Shown here piece by piece: positions 25,931 through 38,460 of a stretch of DNA of 64,000 bases. Both the position numbers and the translations under genes were made by a program. The notes beneath the pieces are model-generated. The model did not search any database, had not been told where the DNA came from, and was given only the letters and a program-made list of their open reading frames with translations. This DNA comes from Octopus sinensis (lineage: Eukaryota): the NCBI RefSeq assembly GCF_006345805.1, contig NC_043008.1:17794001-17858000 (forward strand). Reading direction: 5' to 3'. Position 1 is the first letter of the stretch; every line of letters begins with the position of its first letter.

Positions 25931-26839
25931 TAATCGGGTGTTTTAATATTGAAAATATATAATTCGGAATGAATCTTGTTTAACTTAATTAAACAAATAT
26001 AAATGGTTAAGGGAAATAACTCAAGTAGCAAAATTTTTGATAAAAATGGTAAGTTGTGATTTACTGAAAGGTGATGCAAAACAATGTTCTCGTAATTGAA
26101 TTGTTGAAAGAACGAAACACAAATTTCGTTGTAATTGCTAATGACACTGAAGTAGAGGCGAGGGAGTAATTTTAAGAAATTAAGAACGAATTTCCCAAAA
26201 TTAATTTACATGCGTATGGGAAAATTAAACTTTTGTTTGCTTGTAATGGGTGATTCGGTGTTCTTTTTCTTTTATCATTGTAGTATAGTCTTCTCAAGCT
26301 GTTTGGAATGTCCACAGTGTTTACATAAGGATAAGAAATTAGATAATTAACTATGAGCAACACTATTACACACTATTGATACAAACATACTAACAATATA
26401 AAATCGAATTAACGAGAGTGAAAAGCGAAAGATTTGCTCTGCAAACGCAAAAGCAATAACAAAGCTGACAAAAAGGACACACACAAAAACAGGATAAAAG
26501 ATATTTCATTTGGTCTGTGCTATTTACAAGAATGGTATAAGGAACTCTATGTGGATTATTTGCTGTTCTTTTGATTCTGTATAAATAAACCCTTGCTGAA
26601 ATTCGAATCATAATCTAACTCAAGGGCCACAAGTGAAGTCCAAGCATTGCTTGCCCCCACACGGTATTCGTTTAGCATGTATTAGTTTAACCCAAATTAA
26701 TTAATGATGATTAAATTTCTTATTTCATGCAATTATACCCTCATTACATTACAAGGTTGTAGGGGAAAGTCTGAGGGATAAATATTTCTCTTTATGAGAA
26801 ACGGCGGTTTTCTATTCTTCTCCCTTTTAACTTTTTACT

Positions 26840-26968
26840 TGTTTCACTCACAAGCTTTGGTTGACCCGAAGCTATAATAGAAGACACTTGCCCAAGGTGC
26901 CGTACAGAGGAGCTAACCCAGAACTATTTGGTTGGAAGACAAACTTGTTACTATACAACCACGCTTGA
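26840..26968 (-). mobile_element. SINE family B 5' half
   Basis: acaagctttggttgacccgaagctataatagaagacacttgcccaaggtgcc is the reverse complement of the family B head. Confidence 0.75.
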
Positions 26969-27745
26969 AACTGTGTATAACCTTATTTTTGTGTAAAGAA
27001 ATATAATTCAACCTCTTAAATAGATATTCTTTGAAAGATAGTAGAGTATTCGACATCACTAATATTTTTGTCTGAATAAAATGGGGGTGACCAATACAAA
27101 AGGGAAATATTCGTGGTATATTGCTAAAAGCAACTGTTACAATTAATATTGGAATAATTTAAGACGTTCATCATAGCTAATATTTGATTATTGTTGTCAT
27201 ATTTGGTCATAATATAATAATATATCCATATATTTCTCTATACCGTATCGAAGATCTGAATAATACCGTTATTAAACACGGATTTACACGGAACGAAAGG
27301 ATGATTTACTTACTAAATTTGCAGCGGCGAATCTGTTAATGGAGTGCATATGCAAACTAAGCCTGAACAAATAATACGCAGTGTTTATATCGGTGAGCAC
27401 CAATTTCTCAATTTTCTCACCTAATTTTTACATCCTTTACCGAGATGTTATGTACCTATAAACTATATTTGATCAAAGGCAAAATTGTCAGTTTTCAGCA
27501 CATTTACAACTGCTTTGCTTCTATACCTTCGTTTTCTTTAACGAGACTGAATATCCAAGCTTACAATATAAATTTCTAGATAAGCTTTAAGACAGATTTT
27601 TGCGTTTTGTCTAGACAGGAAACCGAGACACTTTCGAGAATGGTAAATTGATAATTGTTCATACTTTCAAGAATTGCAATACGCACCTCAGGGAAGTTAA
27701 CTTTTCCAACTGGATCTTGATTCTATTCCTAGACATTCTATGTCA

Positions 27746-27777
<32 letters not shown>

Positions 27778-29042
27778 GATTTACGTCTTATGACGTAAAT
27801 CACGTTCAAATATTAGTGCATATTTGACTCATAAATTTAAAATGTCATGTCTTTTAGTGTGTTGGAAAGATGGAGCTCTTGTAAATTGCTTCCATTCCTT
27901 AAAGACATTAAAAATGTATTCATGTTGTGAATTTCACTTGGCAGGAGTTTAATTTTCATTGACAGCCTGTGTCAGTCTAGGCTTCTCAGCTATATGCTGT
28001 AACCGAAAGAAAACCATTTATAAAGTAACTATAAAAATTGATTTGTCAAAAGATTTGGTCTTATAACCGTACAAATTGCTATAACGATGCAAAAATAAAC
28101 AGTTTTGAAACCAAAACATTGTTTTGAGATATAAACATAATTTTGAGACATAGAAATATCTGGAATTTTATATATTCAGTGTTATAGGTTGTATTATTTC
28201 TTCAAAAATATGCTTCGTTTTATAATATGGATTGTGTGACTATCACGTTATGGTCGTTAGCTTTTTGCCATTCATTGCCCTTCAAAACTTATATACTAAT
28301 TCTGTTTATATTTCTTGAAGTTTCACAACCCCAGCACTGACGCTGCTCCACAGCAGATGTTTGAAACTTAGTTGTTGTCATATTTTATATATCTCAATTA
28401 TCTCCTTTCTCAGGTGTTGAACTTACGACTATAAGGGCTCTTGGATGTGTTTGACCTTTAAGACGTTTCTAGCTTCCATTTTATGTCAGTTCATAGCAGA
28501 CTATTCAAATGTCTCAGTTCCGTCTTATTTTTATTCTAGTGATCGTATATTCGTAAATTCAAACGTAACCAACACAAAATGTGTAGAACCAAATATATAG
28601 TTAAAGAAAAGAAGTAAGATGTGATCACAGCAAATATAATTATACAAAGTTGTAAAATGAAACTTATTTAACCTCAAAATGACCTTAAGAACATATTAAA
28701 CGACAGCTATACACTCTAACGCACGAGACCTTAGAATGATCTAGAAAGAAAACAAAATCACTTGTATAAGAACTACGAGTAAATATGTTTCAAAGGGCTT
28801 CAGTAGATCTGTGTCGCTAATAAACATGCATTAGTACCACCGACATTTTACAGACCCCACTAACTAATGAAAACTGAATATAACGGTTTTTGTGTACTTT
28901 AGCTTGATACAATCACGATTACCCTTTAACAATGGCATAAGAGTTTAAGGTTTCAACATATAGTCGCATAACATCCCTTCAGAGACAACGACAACTGCAA
29001 GAACACAAACATTCATGTATGTATATGTGTGCGTAAGTGTGT

Positions 29043-29092
<50 letters not shown>

Positions 29093-29563
29093 GTGTGTGT
29101 ATGTGTATGTGTGTTCCCTTGTGTATCTACTTATTTCTGTGGATCAGAATCCTTAAAACCTTCACATTTTGTAGACACATTAGCTGTTGTTGTTAAGCAA
29201 CAAGACGTGTAAGGGTGATTAGGTGATGTTCTAGGGCTTAGGGGCGGGGAAGACCCCAGACCTTGGGAAAAAAAATTTGTTCGTCTTGTCGTCGAGGGCA
29301 CTTCGTTGACGCCCAACACTACTGGGAGGTGGCCCTCGAAGTCGCTGAAAATGGAAATTGACGGCGACACGTGAGTATGGGTGGTGGGGTATGCATGTTG
29401 TACGTTGTCAGGTATGTGTACATATGTGTTGGAGTAGTCTCTCGTTGTAATTATCATAAATAACTGATCCATTTTGTTTATGAGTCCCGAATTTCTAGAT
29501 TTACTCATACATTGCGAAGCCAGCCATGAGGAGATTTTTACTGCAACTTTTAGTCGTTCTTAC

Positions 29564-29609
29564 CCATATGAGCCATGCTGTGCGGGGGTGTGGGAGAATA
29601 TACACAATC
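29564..29609 (-). CDS. Candidate short exon (DCVYSPTPPHSMAHM if phase 0 to 1)
   Basis: Strong acceptor ctcatttctttag and donor TGG|gtaaga; 46 nt; all frames open, so the frame is unresolved. Confidence 0.33.
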
Positions 29610-31081
29610 CTAAAGAAATGAGTCTATCTGTAAGTTAAATTATTATTACTGTCTCACATAGAGCGGTACTAAGTCTCTCAGTAGATTACTTCAAGGATAC
29701 ATAGGTGTCAATTACAATCGTTAAATTTCTTCTATTACGCTGAATTCGGTGGGAAGAGCACTGAAATACTTGTATATGTGTAAGGTTGAATATGAAAATT
29801 CCGAGGTGCCAGGAAGAGTAGAATTTGAAGAAAAGAAACACAAATACCTCCGAATTAACATTAGTTGGTCTTCATTCTGTATCTGTTTTAAGACAACTCT
29901 TACAGACTTAATTTCATTGTGAAAGGCAAAAAAGTTATAAATGTTCTATTTCTCGATTCTTCGAAATATAGGAACGATTAATCTTGTTAAAAACAAAGTT
30001 CAGTCTTTTTTAAAAATATTTTTAATACCCTGAGCCTTTATTAAAATCATTATATTTCTAGGTTTTCTTAAGTAAATTATACTATTTAAATTATTGATTT
30101 GCACATACATATTTCGAGAAAACATCAAATCAGATTTTATGCGAAAAATTTAAGCTTATCGTTTCCACCATATAAAAAGAAATAAATTCTAGATTTTGTC
30201 AGAAGATAATCGATATTTGATTTGTTTATTACACTTTTAGTCTCCCTTCAATTAAATAATAAATCAATCAGCTTATATTACGTTTAATGATATTGTAACT
30301 AAAGCAATGCATTTATTTCAACCAACTTGCTTATATTGTTCATTGGTGGTCTGGCTTTATTATTGAATTATTTCTTTGCGAATTACTTCGTTTTTTAAGG
30401 TTATATATCGATTCTCCGCAGAAAATATATTTAACATATATACTAAAAAAAAAAGAAGAAAAAAAAATAAACAAGAAGAGATTTCTTTCCACGTTTATTA
30501 TTACTTAGTTTATTAGATTTTCTATCTGGATGAGATTGTAGAATTTATCGTCTGATTAATGCCATTCATCTCCTCTATCAGACCTCGTGGCCAATAAATA
30601 AATAAATATATATAATATGATATAAAATACAATACAACACAACACAACAAACGAAAGTAATACCCATCAAAATATTTTATGTAAATAGAAAAGAAAATTT
30701 GGGGCCGATGTCGAATAGGATTTATTAGAACGAATGGAACGCACAAGAAGCCACGGATTAAGTTTAAACGAAAATAATGTTTAAATAAATGTTGAAACAT
30801 TACGGTGAAAGAAGAATGATAGCCACGCATGTTTTGTAAGTTACATTTCCAATAAACATTTATGTTATAGTCACATTATTTCAAAGGTCTGAAATGTCAA
30901 ACTGATATATATGTATGTGTGTGTGTGAATACATATATTTATACACACATCTGCATACATACATATACATGCAAACATATATGAGAGTGTGTATATGTGC
31001 GTATTTAAATAAGGCTGCATATATATATGTCTGTGTGTATATACATATACATACATATATGTATGTGTGTATACGTATATT

Positions 31082-31125
<44 letters not shown>

Positions 31126-31489
31126 CATAAGTGTATGTATATGTATACACACACACATATATATATGCAGCCTTATTTAAATACACACATACACACTCTC
31201 ATATATGCTTGTATGTATATGTATGTATGTATATGTATATATATATATATATATAATATATATATATATATTATATATATATCACGTATGCCTTTTTGCT
31301 TAGGTGTATATGTATATGCGTGTATTTACATGCGACCAGGAAGCACTCGAATACGTACACTACATATACACACACATACGAACACACACGTATTGACATA
31401 CACACACATATATATATATATATGAATAATAGACAGGTAGATAGATAGATAGTCACAAGTGAAAACATTTATGTACGCATATTAATTTA

Positions 31490-32325
31490 TTTATATAACC
31501 TTACCATCTTAACATATACTTCTCTAGCGAGCTGTGGTTAATCGACAATTGTTATAGAATGAGAAGTGCATAGTGTTGTGTTGAAAATCATTAAGAATGA
31601 CACGAATATACAACATTGATACAAATAACCAACCATATGATATCAAATTATCACTTACGAAAAAAGTGTTATATGCTCGAAAGAAACAACTAGCAAAATG
31701 CCTTCAAAATACAAGTAATTGATTTACACGACATTGTATGGTCACTTAGTAACGCTAACCATTGATTTAAAGCATATCCTGAATTTATTTGCTCAATGAT
31801 TATATATTTTTGCTCAATAGTTGTAAAGCTTCGCGATACGTATTTATTGCAATGGAGACAAATATAAATGGATACGTGAAACAATTTCTAGATTGCTCTC
31901 TAAGTAGCTTGATATGTCACAGTTTGGGGGATGTTGTTATGATATCTGCATTTTGATACCCGCGACGAATCAACATCACACAGGAAAATCTTTTCCAATA
32001 TTGAGATTGCTTCATTTCTGTATGTCAGCCAGGATTTCGTCTGCGACAACTTTAATTTTCCAGGTCTCCAGTGCCGTTGATTTTTCACAAATATATTAAG
32101 CTGTTTCCGTAGAAAGGGGACATAACATATTGTGATATTGTCCCTCATGCTGAGGAGGACTGGCAAGATCTTATGAATGCAGTTTCAATGGCTTGCGAGG
32201 CATTTGACTTAACCATAAATCTAACCAAAACTGTTGTCATGTTTCAGCCAGCACCAGGAATGCCATACATAGAACCTGGTATCTTCGTGTATAGAAGAAA
32301 ACTTGCTGTGGTTTCTAAGTTTCTT
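31490..32325. mobile_element. Degraded RTE/BovB-like LINE RT fragment with inverted 5' part
   Basis: Plus strand ~32125-32322: EEDWQDLMNAVSMACEAFDLTINLTKTVVMFQPAPGMPYIEP (RTE RT region after the DD motif). Minus strand ~32120 to ~31490 gives degraded earlier RT segments (RPGK..V.ADEIL, NADIIT, CILKAF, QCCIF, AREVYVK). Confidence 0.65.
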
Positions 32326-33802
32326 TTTATCTATTATTACTTTTATATTTTTTATTACTTCAATACGCACTGCTTTTTTATAAAAAATCTTACTCATTTA
32401 CTCTTTTAATCTACATATCTACCTGCAATTACAGTATTTCCTCATTTCCTTTTTTTTATTTAACATTCTATACTCTTCTAGCCTTAATAATTTTGTGTAT
32501 TCAGCCTTTGTTTTCATTTCCCGTCATCTCCCCACGCTTTATATCATACGTTAATACCTATCAAAACCGCTACCTCTATAATCGTCATCCCTTCTATCAT
32601 TCTTTCAATTCATTTACCTGTTTTGTTGTCACATTACATAACCGACTTCCAATCTTTCTTATTTATTCGTTTGCGTTATTATCATTCGTTCTACTTCTCT
32701 CTCTCTCTCTCTCTCTCCCTCCATGTCTCTCTCCTTCCCTGTCTGTTTGTCTCTCTTTCTCTCTCACTCTGCCTCTCTTTCTTCCTCTTTTACCTCATCT
32801 TCTCCTTTCAATCTTATTCTTCTCTTACTATAGTTAACTTGCTGTCCACTTTACTGCCTACTTCTGAAGCCTCTAGGTACTAATTTTTCCTCTATTTCTC
32901 TATTTTCTAACAATTTTAACATTCTCGTTCATACTCTCTCTCTCTTTCTATTTCTTTCTCTCTCTCTCTCTCTCCCTCTTTCTCTCTCTCTCTCTCTCTT
33001 TTACCTCTCTCTCCAAAACTACTGCTTTCTATTTCGAGCTTAATAGAAAGTTGATATCTATCAAACTAGGCCACCTCACGAAAAAACACTTGGCGCGTGG
33101 TTTATGCATTTTACATTAAAATATGTATCAAAATGAAAGCATATTCACGTAATTTAGATTCTCCGAGCATCTAAATCTATTCCCTTCCACCTCTGTTTCA
33201 CATTTTCTATCATTCAATAACATTTCACTTCATTACATCGTTCACACAAACCTTTCATGCATACAGTTTAAATTCGATATGATATAAGATCTATTCAAGG
33301 GCATCAATATCCTATGATATGTGCTGCGAAATTCTGGTTGCATGAATTTAATTGGATACAGCATAGGAATACTGTCATGAATTCACATGTAATTTTTTCA
33401 CTGAATGTTTTTTAAAAAAATGTATATTCACACCACTTCTGACAGATGTAACATTTACGCCCACTTAAACATTGATGCGCTGTTAGAACAAACAACACTA
33501 CTGTAGATGCCAGGAGAGAAATTCATATTGGCGATATCAGCGCCTGTCCTGGCACTGTTGTTCTGTATATCGAGGTGAAGTGTACATCATGGAGAAGACT
33601 AAGGAAAGACGAAATTACGGGATCTGGTGGTTTGGGAATTGGAGTAGTCTCCCTGCTAACGATATCAACAAGAAAGCTAACATGAGATTTTCTCTCATTG
33701 TATCTACTGGAGTAGTGTTTACTCTTACAGAACATCTACATCTAAGTAGGGATAAACATTCCAGCTTGGTGCCACTACTGTATCTTAATCTAATAAATAT
33801 TT

Positions 33803-33966
33803 AGGGCGAAGGAGTGACTGTTTGGTAAGTAGCTTGCTTACAAACCACATGGTTCCGGATTCAGTCCCACTGTGTGGCACCTTGGGCAAGTGTCTTCTAC
33901 TATAGCCTCGGGCCGACCAAAGCCTTGTGAGTGGATTTGGTAGACGGAAGTGAAAGAAGCCCGTCG

Positions 33967-34000
<34 letters not shown>

Positions 34001-34231
34001 GTGTGTGTGTGTGTGTGTGTATGTCTGTTTTTGTTCCCCCAACATCACTTGACAACCGATGCTGGTGTGTTTGCGTCCCCGTAAATTAGCGATTCGGCAA
34101 AGAGACCGATAGAATAAGTACTAGGCTTACAAAGAATATGTCCTGTGGTCGATTTGCTCAACTAAAGGCGGTACTCCAGTATGGCCATAGTCAACTGATG
34201 AAACAAGTAAAAGAGTAAAAGAGTAAAGAGT
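33803..34231 (+). mobile_element. Full-length SINE family B
   Basis: ggagtgactgtttggtaagtagcttgc head, ggttccggattcagtcc B-box, internal microsatellite, tail (aaagagt)n. Confidence 0.92.
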
Positions 34232-34964
34232 TCTCACAGAATTAAACCCACTTATAAATAATTTAAGAGTCTTATATCGAAACTATAGATATACACAGAT
34301 AGGAATTGAAATAATGACGGGAAAATGCGTTACTGTTTTTTTTTTGTCCTTACTTGCTTCAGTCATGTGACTGTGGCCATGCTGTGTTGCTAAATATTTT
34401 ACAAATTTCGTTTGATTTTTGGAGACGAGAAATTATCTTTAATATACACTAATATATTCGAACTACAGACGCCATCTTTATCGTTCCCTTCAGTAATATT
34501 CAGCCGTGTTACTTTTCGGCAAGGCATCATATTTTTATTGTATTTGGTATCGAACTTTTAATTCAAATGAATTCTCTGTGGTAACATGTCTTTATATCAT
34601 TCACCCGGACGAAATTCTTTTTCTTATTCTACTGCTTATCTCTCGATTCCATTAGATTCTTATGCTTCATCCACAGATTTATGAAGCTTGACTAAAGCAG
34701 AGTCCGAAATCATGTCCACTAACTGTATATTCTCCTGAACTTGAATGACGCTTATATTCCCGTGCCTGCATCACTCTGTATATAAGTGGTAGTCGATGTG
34801 TGTGTATACTTGCAGCTTTCTGTATATATTTGTTGGTCTGTAAACCGTTTTCGCATTGATGGTTAACTCTAATCACAAAATATTAAGCAATATATGATAG
34901 ATTTCGCTGTCACACACGCACACACATTCGATCTACCAAACACACACACACACACACACATTAT

Positions 34965-35260
34965 TTCTATCTTTTATTTGTTACACTCATTAGACTGCGG
35001 CCATGCTGTTGCACCCCCTTGAATTTTTAGTCGAACGAATCGATCGCAGCAGTGCTGGTGCTCATTTTATCGTTTCTTTTGTCGAACAGCTAAGTTGTAT
35101 ATGCGCAATGGGCTTCTTTTAGTTTCCCTCTATCAAAACCATTCACAAAGCTTTGGTCAGCCCAAGGCTATAGTAGAAGACACCTGCCCGAATGTGCCAC
35201 GCAGTGGGACTGAAACCGGAACGATGTCGTTAGAAAGGAAGCTTCTTAACACACACACAC
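34965..35260 (-). mobile_element. Rearranged SINE family B copy
   Basis: gactgcggccatgctg (3' end, reverse) at ~34995 and aaagctttggtcagcccaaggctatagtagaagacacctgccc (head, reverse) at ~35148; middle diverged. Confidence 0.7.
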
Positions 35261-35959
35261 ACACACACACACGCACAAACACACACACACGTACATATAT
35301 ATATATATATATACACAGGCTTATATATGTTTATAAACACACATGTATATATATATATATAGAGAGAGAGAGAGGGATAGGAGAGAGATGTATTGTTCTG
35401 TATATCCTACGTAACCTGGATGTTCTGTACACATTGAGACAGATCGTGTATACACGCCTTGTGTGAAAATGCTCAGAAACATGTCACTTGCTGACGAAAA
35501 GTGCCCAGCAGTGGCGGTGGAACTGATGTAAGTGAAACGAATTTTAAACTGACAAAGGCAGTGATTTGGAATATCCCCTTACAGGTTAAATATACTTAGA
35601 CACATTAACATGATCATACAGTATTCGATGGAGAATTTCATCATTCAGAAATCGATATTGTAACAACTAGATAATTATTTGGCGTTACGTAATACATGAG
35701 AATATTATTACGTCAGGTCTTAGAATGTTAATGTGTGTCTGAAAATCATTGTTGTACTTATAATTAAATTGCTAGTGAGAGAAGTTATGAATTCATTCTG
35801 ATTTTTTTCCCTCACTATACGCAGATATTTTGAATGTTCCTTCAAAAATGTATGTGTTGTAGAGTGGAATACATTTATTTCTGCTGTATATGTTAAGAGT
35901 AAAGTATTGACGTCCGAAATGCTTTCTGGAGTTAAATTTGAAGTAACATTGAAGCTTTC

Positions 35960-36005
<46 letters not shown>

Positions 36006-36006
<1 letters not shown>

Positions 36007-36200
36007 GGAGAATTCACAAAAGAAAAAAACAAAAGACGAAGACAGGTAGTGTAGACAACAAATGAATGTATTAGTATAACACTCGATAAGTGAAAAAGTC
36101 TTTAACGTTTCGAGCCTACGCTCTTCCACAGAAAGGAACAGAGAAAGAAACAGGGAGAGAAAATAAAGAATGTGTAGTGGCTAGCGATCTATCATGGCGA

Positions 36201-36202
<2 letters not shown>
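36006..36202 (-). mobile_element. Short element, probably Penelope-derived (family P2), carrying a hammerhead-like motif
   Basis: Same sequence family as 47722-47881 in opposite orientation; contains cttt CTGTGGA A GAGC gtag GCTC GAAA CGTT aaag; embedded in (TA)n. Confidence 0.7.
36100..36135 (-). ncRNA. Minimal type-I hammerhead-like motif (core variant CUGUGGA)
   Basis: Stem I CUUU/AAAG, stem II GAGC/GCUC, GAAA, palindromic AACGUU helix III; position 6 is U rather than the canonical A. Confidence 0.5.
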
Positions 36203-36245
<43 letters not shown>

Positions 36246-36311
36246 AATGACTGTTTAATGACATCGTTTCCAACTAGCAAATTTAGGCAAAGGAGTAATC
36301 AAATACAACAG

Positions 36312-36462
36312 TTCCAGTGCTTACTTAGTATTTATTTTATCGACTTTGAAAGCATGAACGGCAAAATTGCCCCTCTACGAAATTTGAACTCAAAACGTTA
36401 AAACAGGAAGAAATACCGCGAAGCATTTTGTCCGACTAGCTAAAGATTGTACTAGCTCGCCG
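36312..36462 (-). mobile_element. Degraded SINE family A
   Basis: tttgaactcaaaacg, gaaataccgcgaagcattttgtccgactagctaaagattgtactagctcgcc are the reverse of the head and B-box. Confidence 0.7.
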
Positions 36463-37158
36463 AGTTACGTGTGAGTCAAACGTATAACAAACAGTATATA
36501 GATCATGCACGTTTTCTAGTATTGGGTGTTTGAGGCAAATACATTTGATTTAGATAATTTTACTGTGTATACAAACATCGGTTTACTGTAAGATTTCTAT
36601 AATTAATGAATTTAGTAGCAGGTAAATTTCCATTATATTGCACTCGTTAGCAGCACGCGTATTATTTGATTTCTATGGTTGCCGACTTCGGTATTAATAG
36701 TTTCCAGAAGATGCAGTTCTTCTTAGTTCCTGACTGAAACGCTAGACAAGCAAAGTTTTGGAAATTACCAATTTACATGACTTTCGCTAATTACAAACTT
36801 TGCGAAATATTTTATTGAATTGAAAATGCTCACGATGTTTGCATTCAGACTTCTGCCCTTCTTAGGTATATAAAGTATTCTTCCATATGCACATATATAT
36901 ATATATATTATATATATATATATTATATATATATATATATATATTATGTATGTATGTATATGTGTATACATACATATGTATATATGTGTATACATTATAT
37001 ATGTATGTACATATATATGTGCATAAATATATGTATGTATGTATATATATATATATATATATATACGAGTATATATATATATATAATATATATATATATA
37101 TACGAGTATATATATATATATACATATATACATGTATATATGTATATATATTTGCATG

Positions 37159-37194
<36 letters not shown>

Positions 37195-37553
37195 TAAGCA
37201 TGTATTTATCGTCATAAAGACTCAGGAAATAAGCTTCCCGTATATTCATACATTAATATTCTCATATATATGTGTGTCTGTGTCTGTCTGTGTGTCTATG
37301 TGTGTATGTATGTATATATACATACATATATAATCCATATATACATTTCGAAAGAATGTTTGAGAAGTAGTTTAATTCAATTGTCTGTCAGATGTAGCAG
37401 CGTCTTGCATTACATGGTTCAAATGACTATTAGATAGCAGAATTGAATTTGTGTTTGTTTATGTCAGGTACACACAGCTTGCCGTTCTTCCCTGGTATTT
37501 GAGTGAATATTTTGTTCTCATATTTCCAAATATTTTTGCGTCTGCTTCGTGCA

Positions 37554-37625
37554 GAATCGTTGCTTTCGGATTCCTTACACGCACGGTCAACATCGTGCTT
37601 GTAAGGAATTCGAAGGCGACAATTC
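37554..37625 (+). ncRNA. pri-/pre-miRNA-like hairpin
   Basis: 34 paired positions (28 Watson-Crick, 4 G-U, 2 mismatches) and a 4-nt terminal loop; unique sequence, not part of any repeat seen elsewhere in the window. Confidence 0.5.
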
Positions 37626-38042
37626 AATCAGCGTTACAGTCGTGCCTATACCATTATATTTTATCGCTTATTATTTCCAGGATGAGGTTATCCAATATAT
37701 ATTTAGGACAACATCGTGAGATATAGGAGAATTGTGTTTATTATTTGTGGCTCGCTGATTGAGATTTCGCGTTAAATCTGTGTCACTGACCTACTCTACT
37801 ATTAAGGTGTCATATTTTAACTTAATCGTGTATTATACCTACATGTTTTTGAAAAGTGACTACAACATCCAATTTTCATATACCAAACAAACAAAAAAAA
37901 AAAACAACCGTTTATCTCCCACTATTGTATGTTCTGTAAGGGCTGAACTATATTTCACTCATGCAAACTAAGAACCGCAATACAGTACCAGTGTTATCAT
38001 GAAATAAATATTCGGCTAAACACTCAGTATATTTCATGTTTC

Positions 38043-38460
38043 GAAGGCGGTGAGCTGGTAGAAACGTTAGCACGCCGGGCGAAATGCGTAGCCGTATTTC
38101 GTCTGCCGTTACGTTCTGGGTTCAAATTCCGCCGAGGTCGACTTTGCCTTTCATCCTTTCAGGGTCGATAAATTAAGTACCAGTTACGCACTGGGGTCGA
38201 TGTAATCGACTTAATCCGTTTGTCTGTCCTCGTTTGTCCCCTCTATGTTAAGCCCCTTGTGGGTAGTAAAGAAACAGGTATTTAGTCTGCCGCTACGTTC
38301 TGAGTTCAAATTCCGCCGAGGTCGACTTTGCCTTTCATCCTTTCAGGGTCGATAAATTAAGTACCAGTTACGCACTGGGGTCGATGTAATCGACTTAATC
38401 CGTTTGTCTGTCCTCGTTTGTCCCCTCTGTGTTTAGCCCCTTGTGGGTAGTAAAGAAATA
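38043..38460 (+). mobile_element. SINE family A dimer
   Basis: Head plus two near-identical 184-bp bodies (gtattt at 38094 and 38278); flanked by atgtttcg at 38036-38043 and 38469-38476. Confidence 0.92.
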
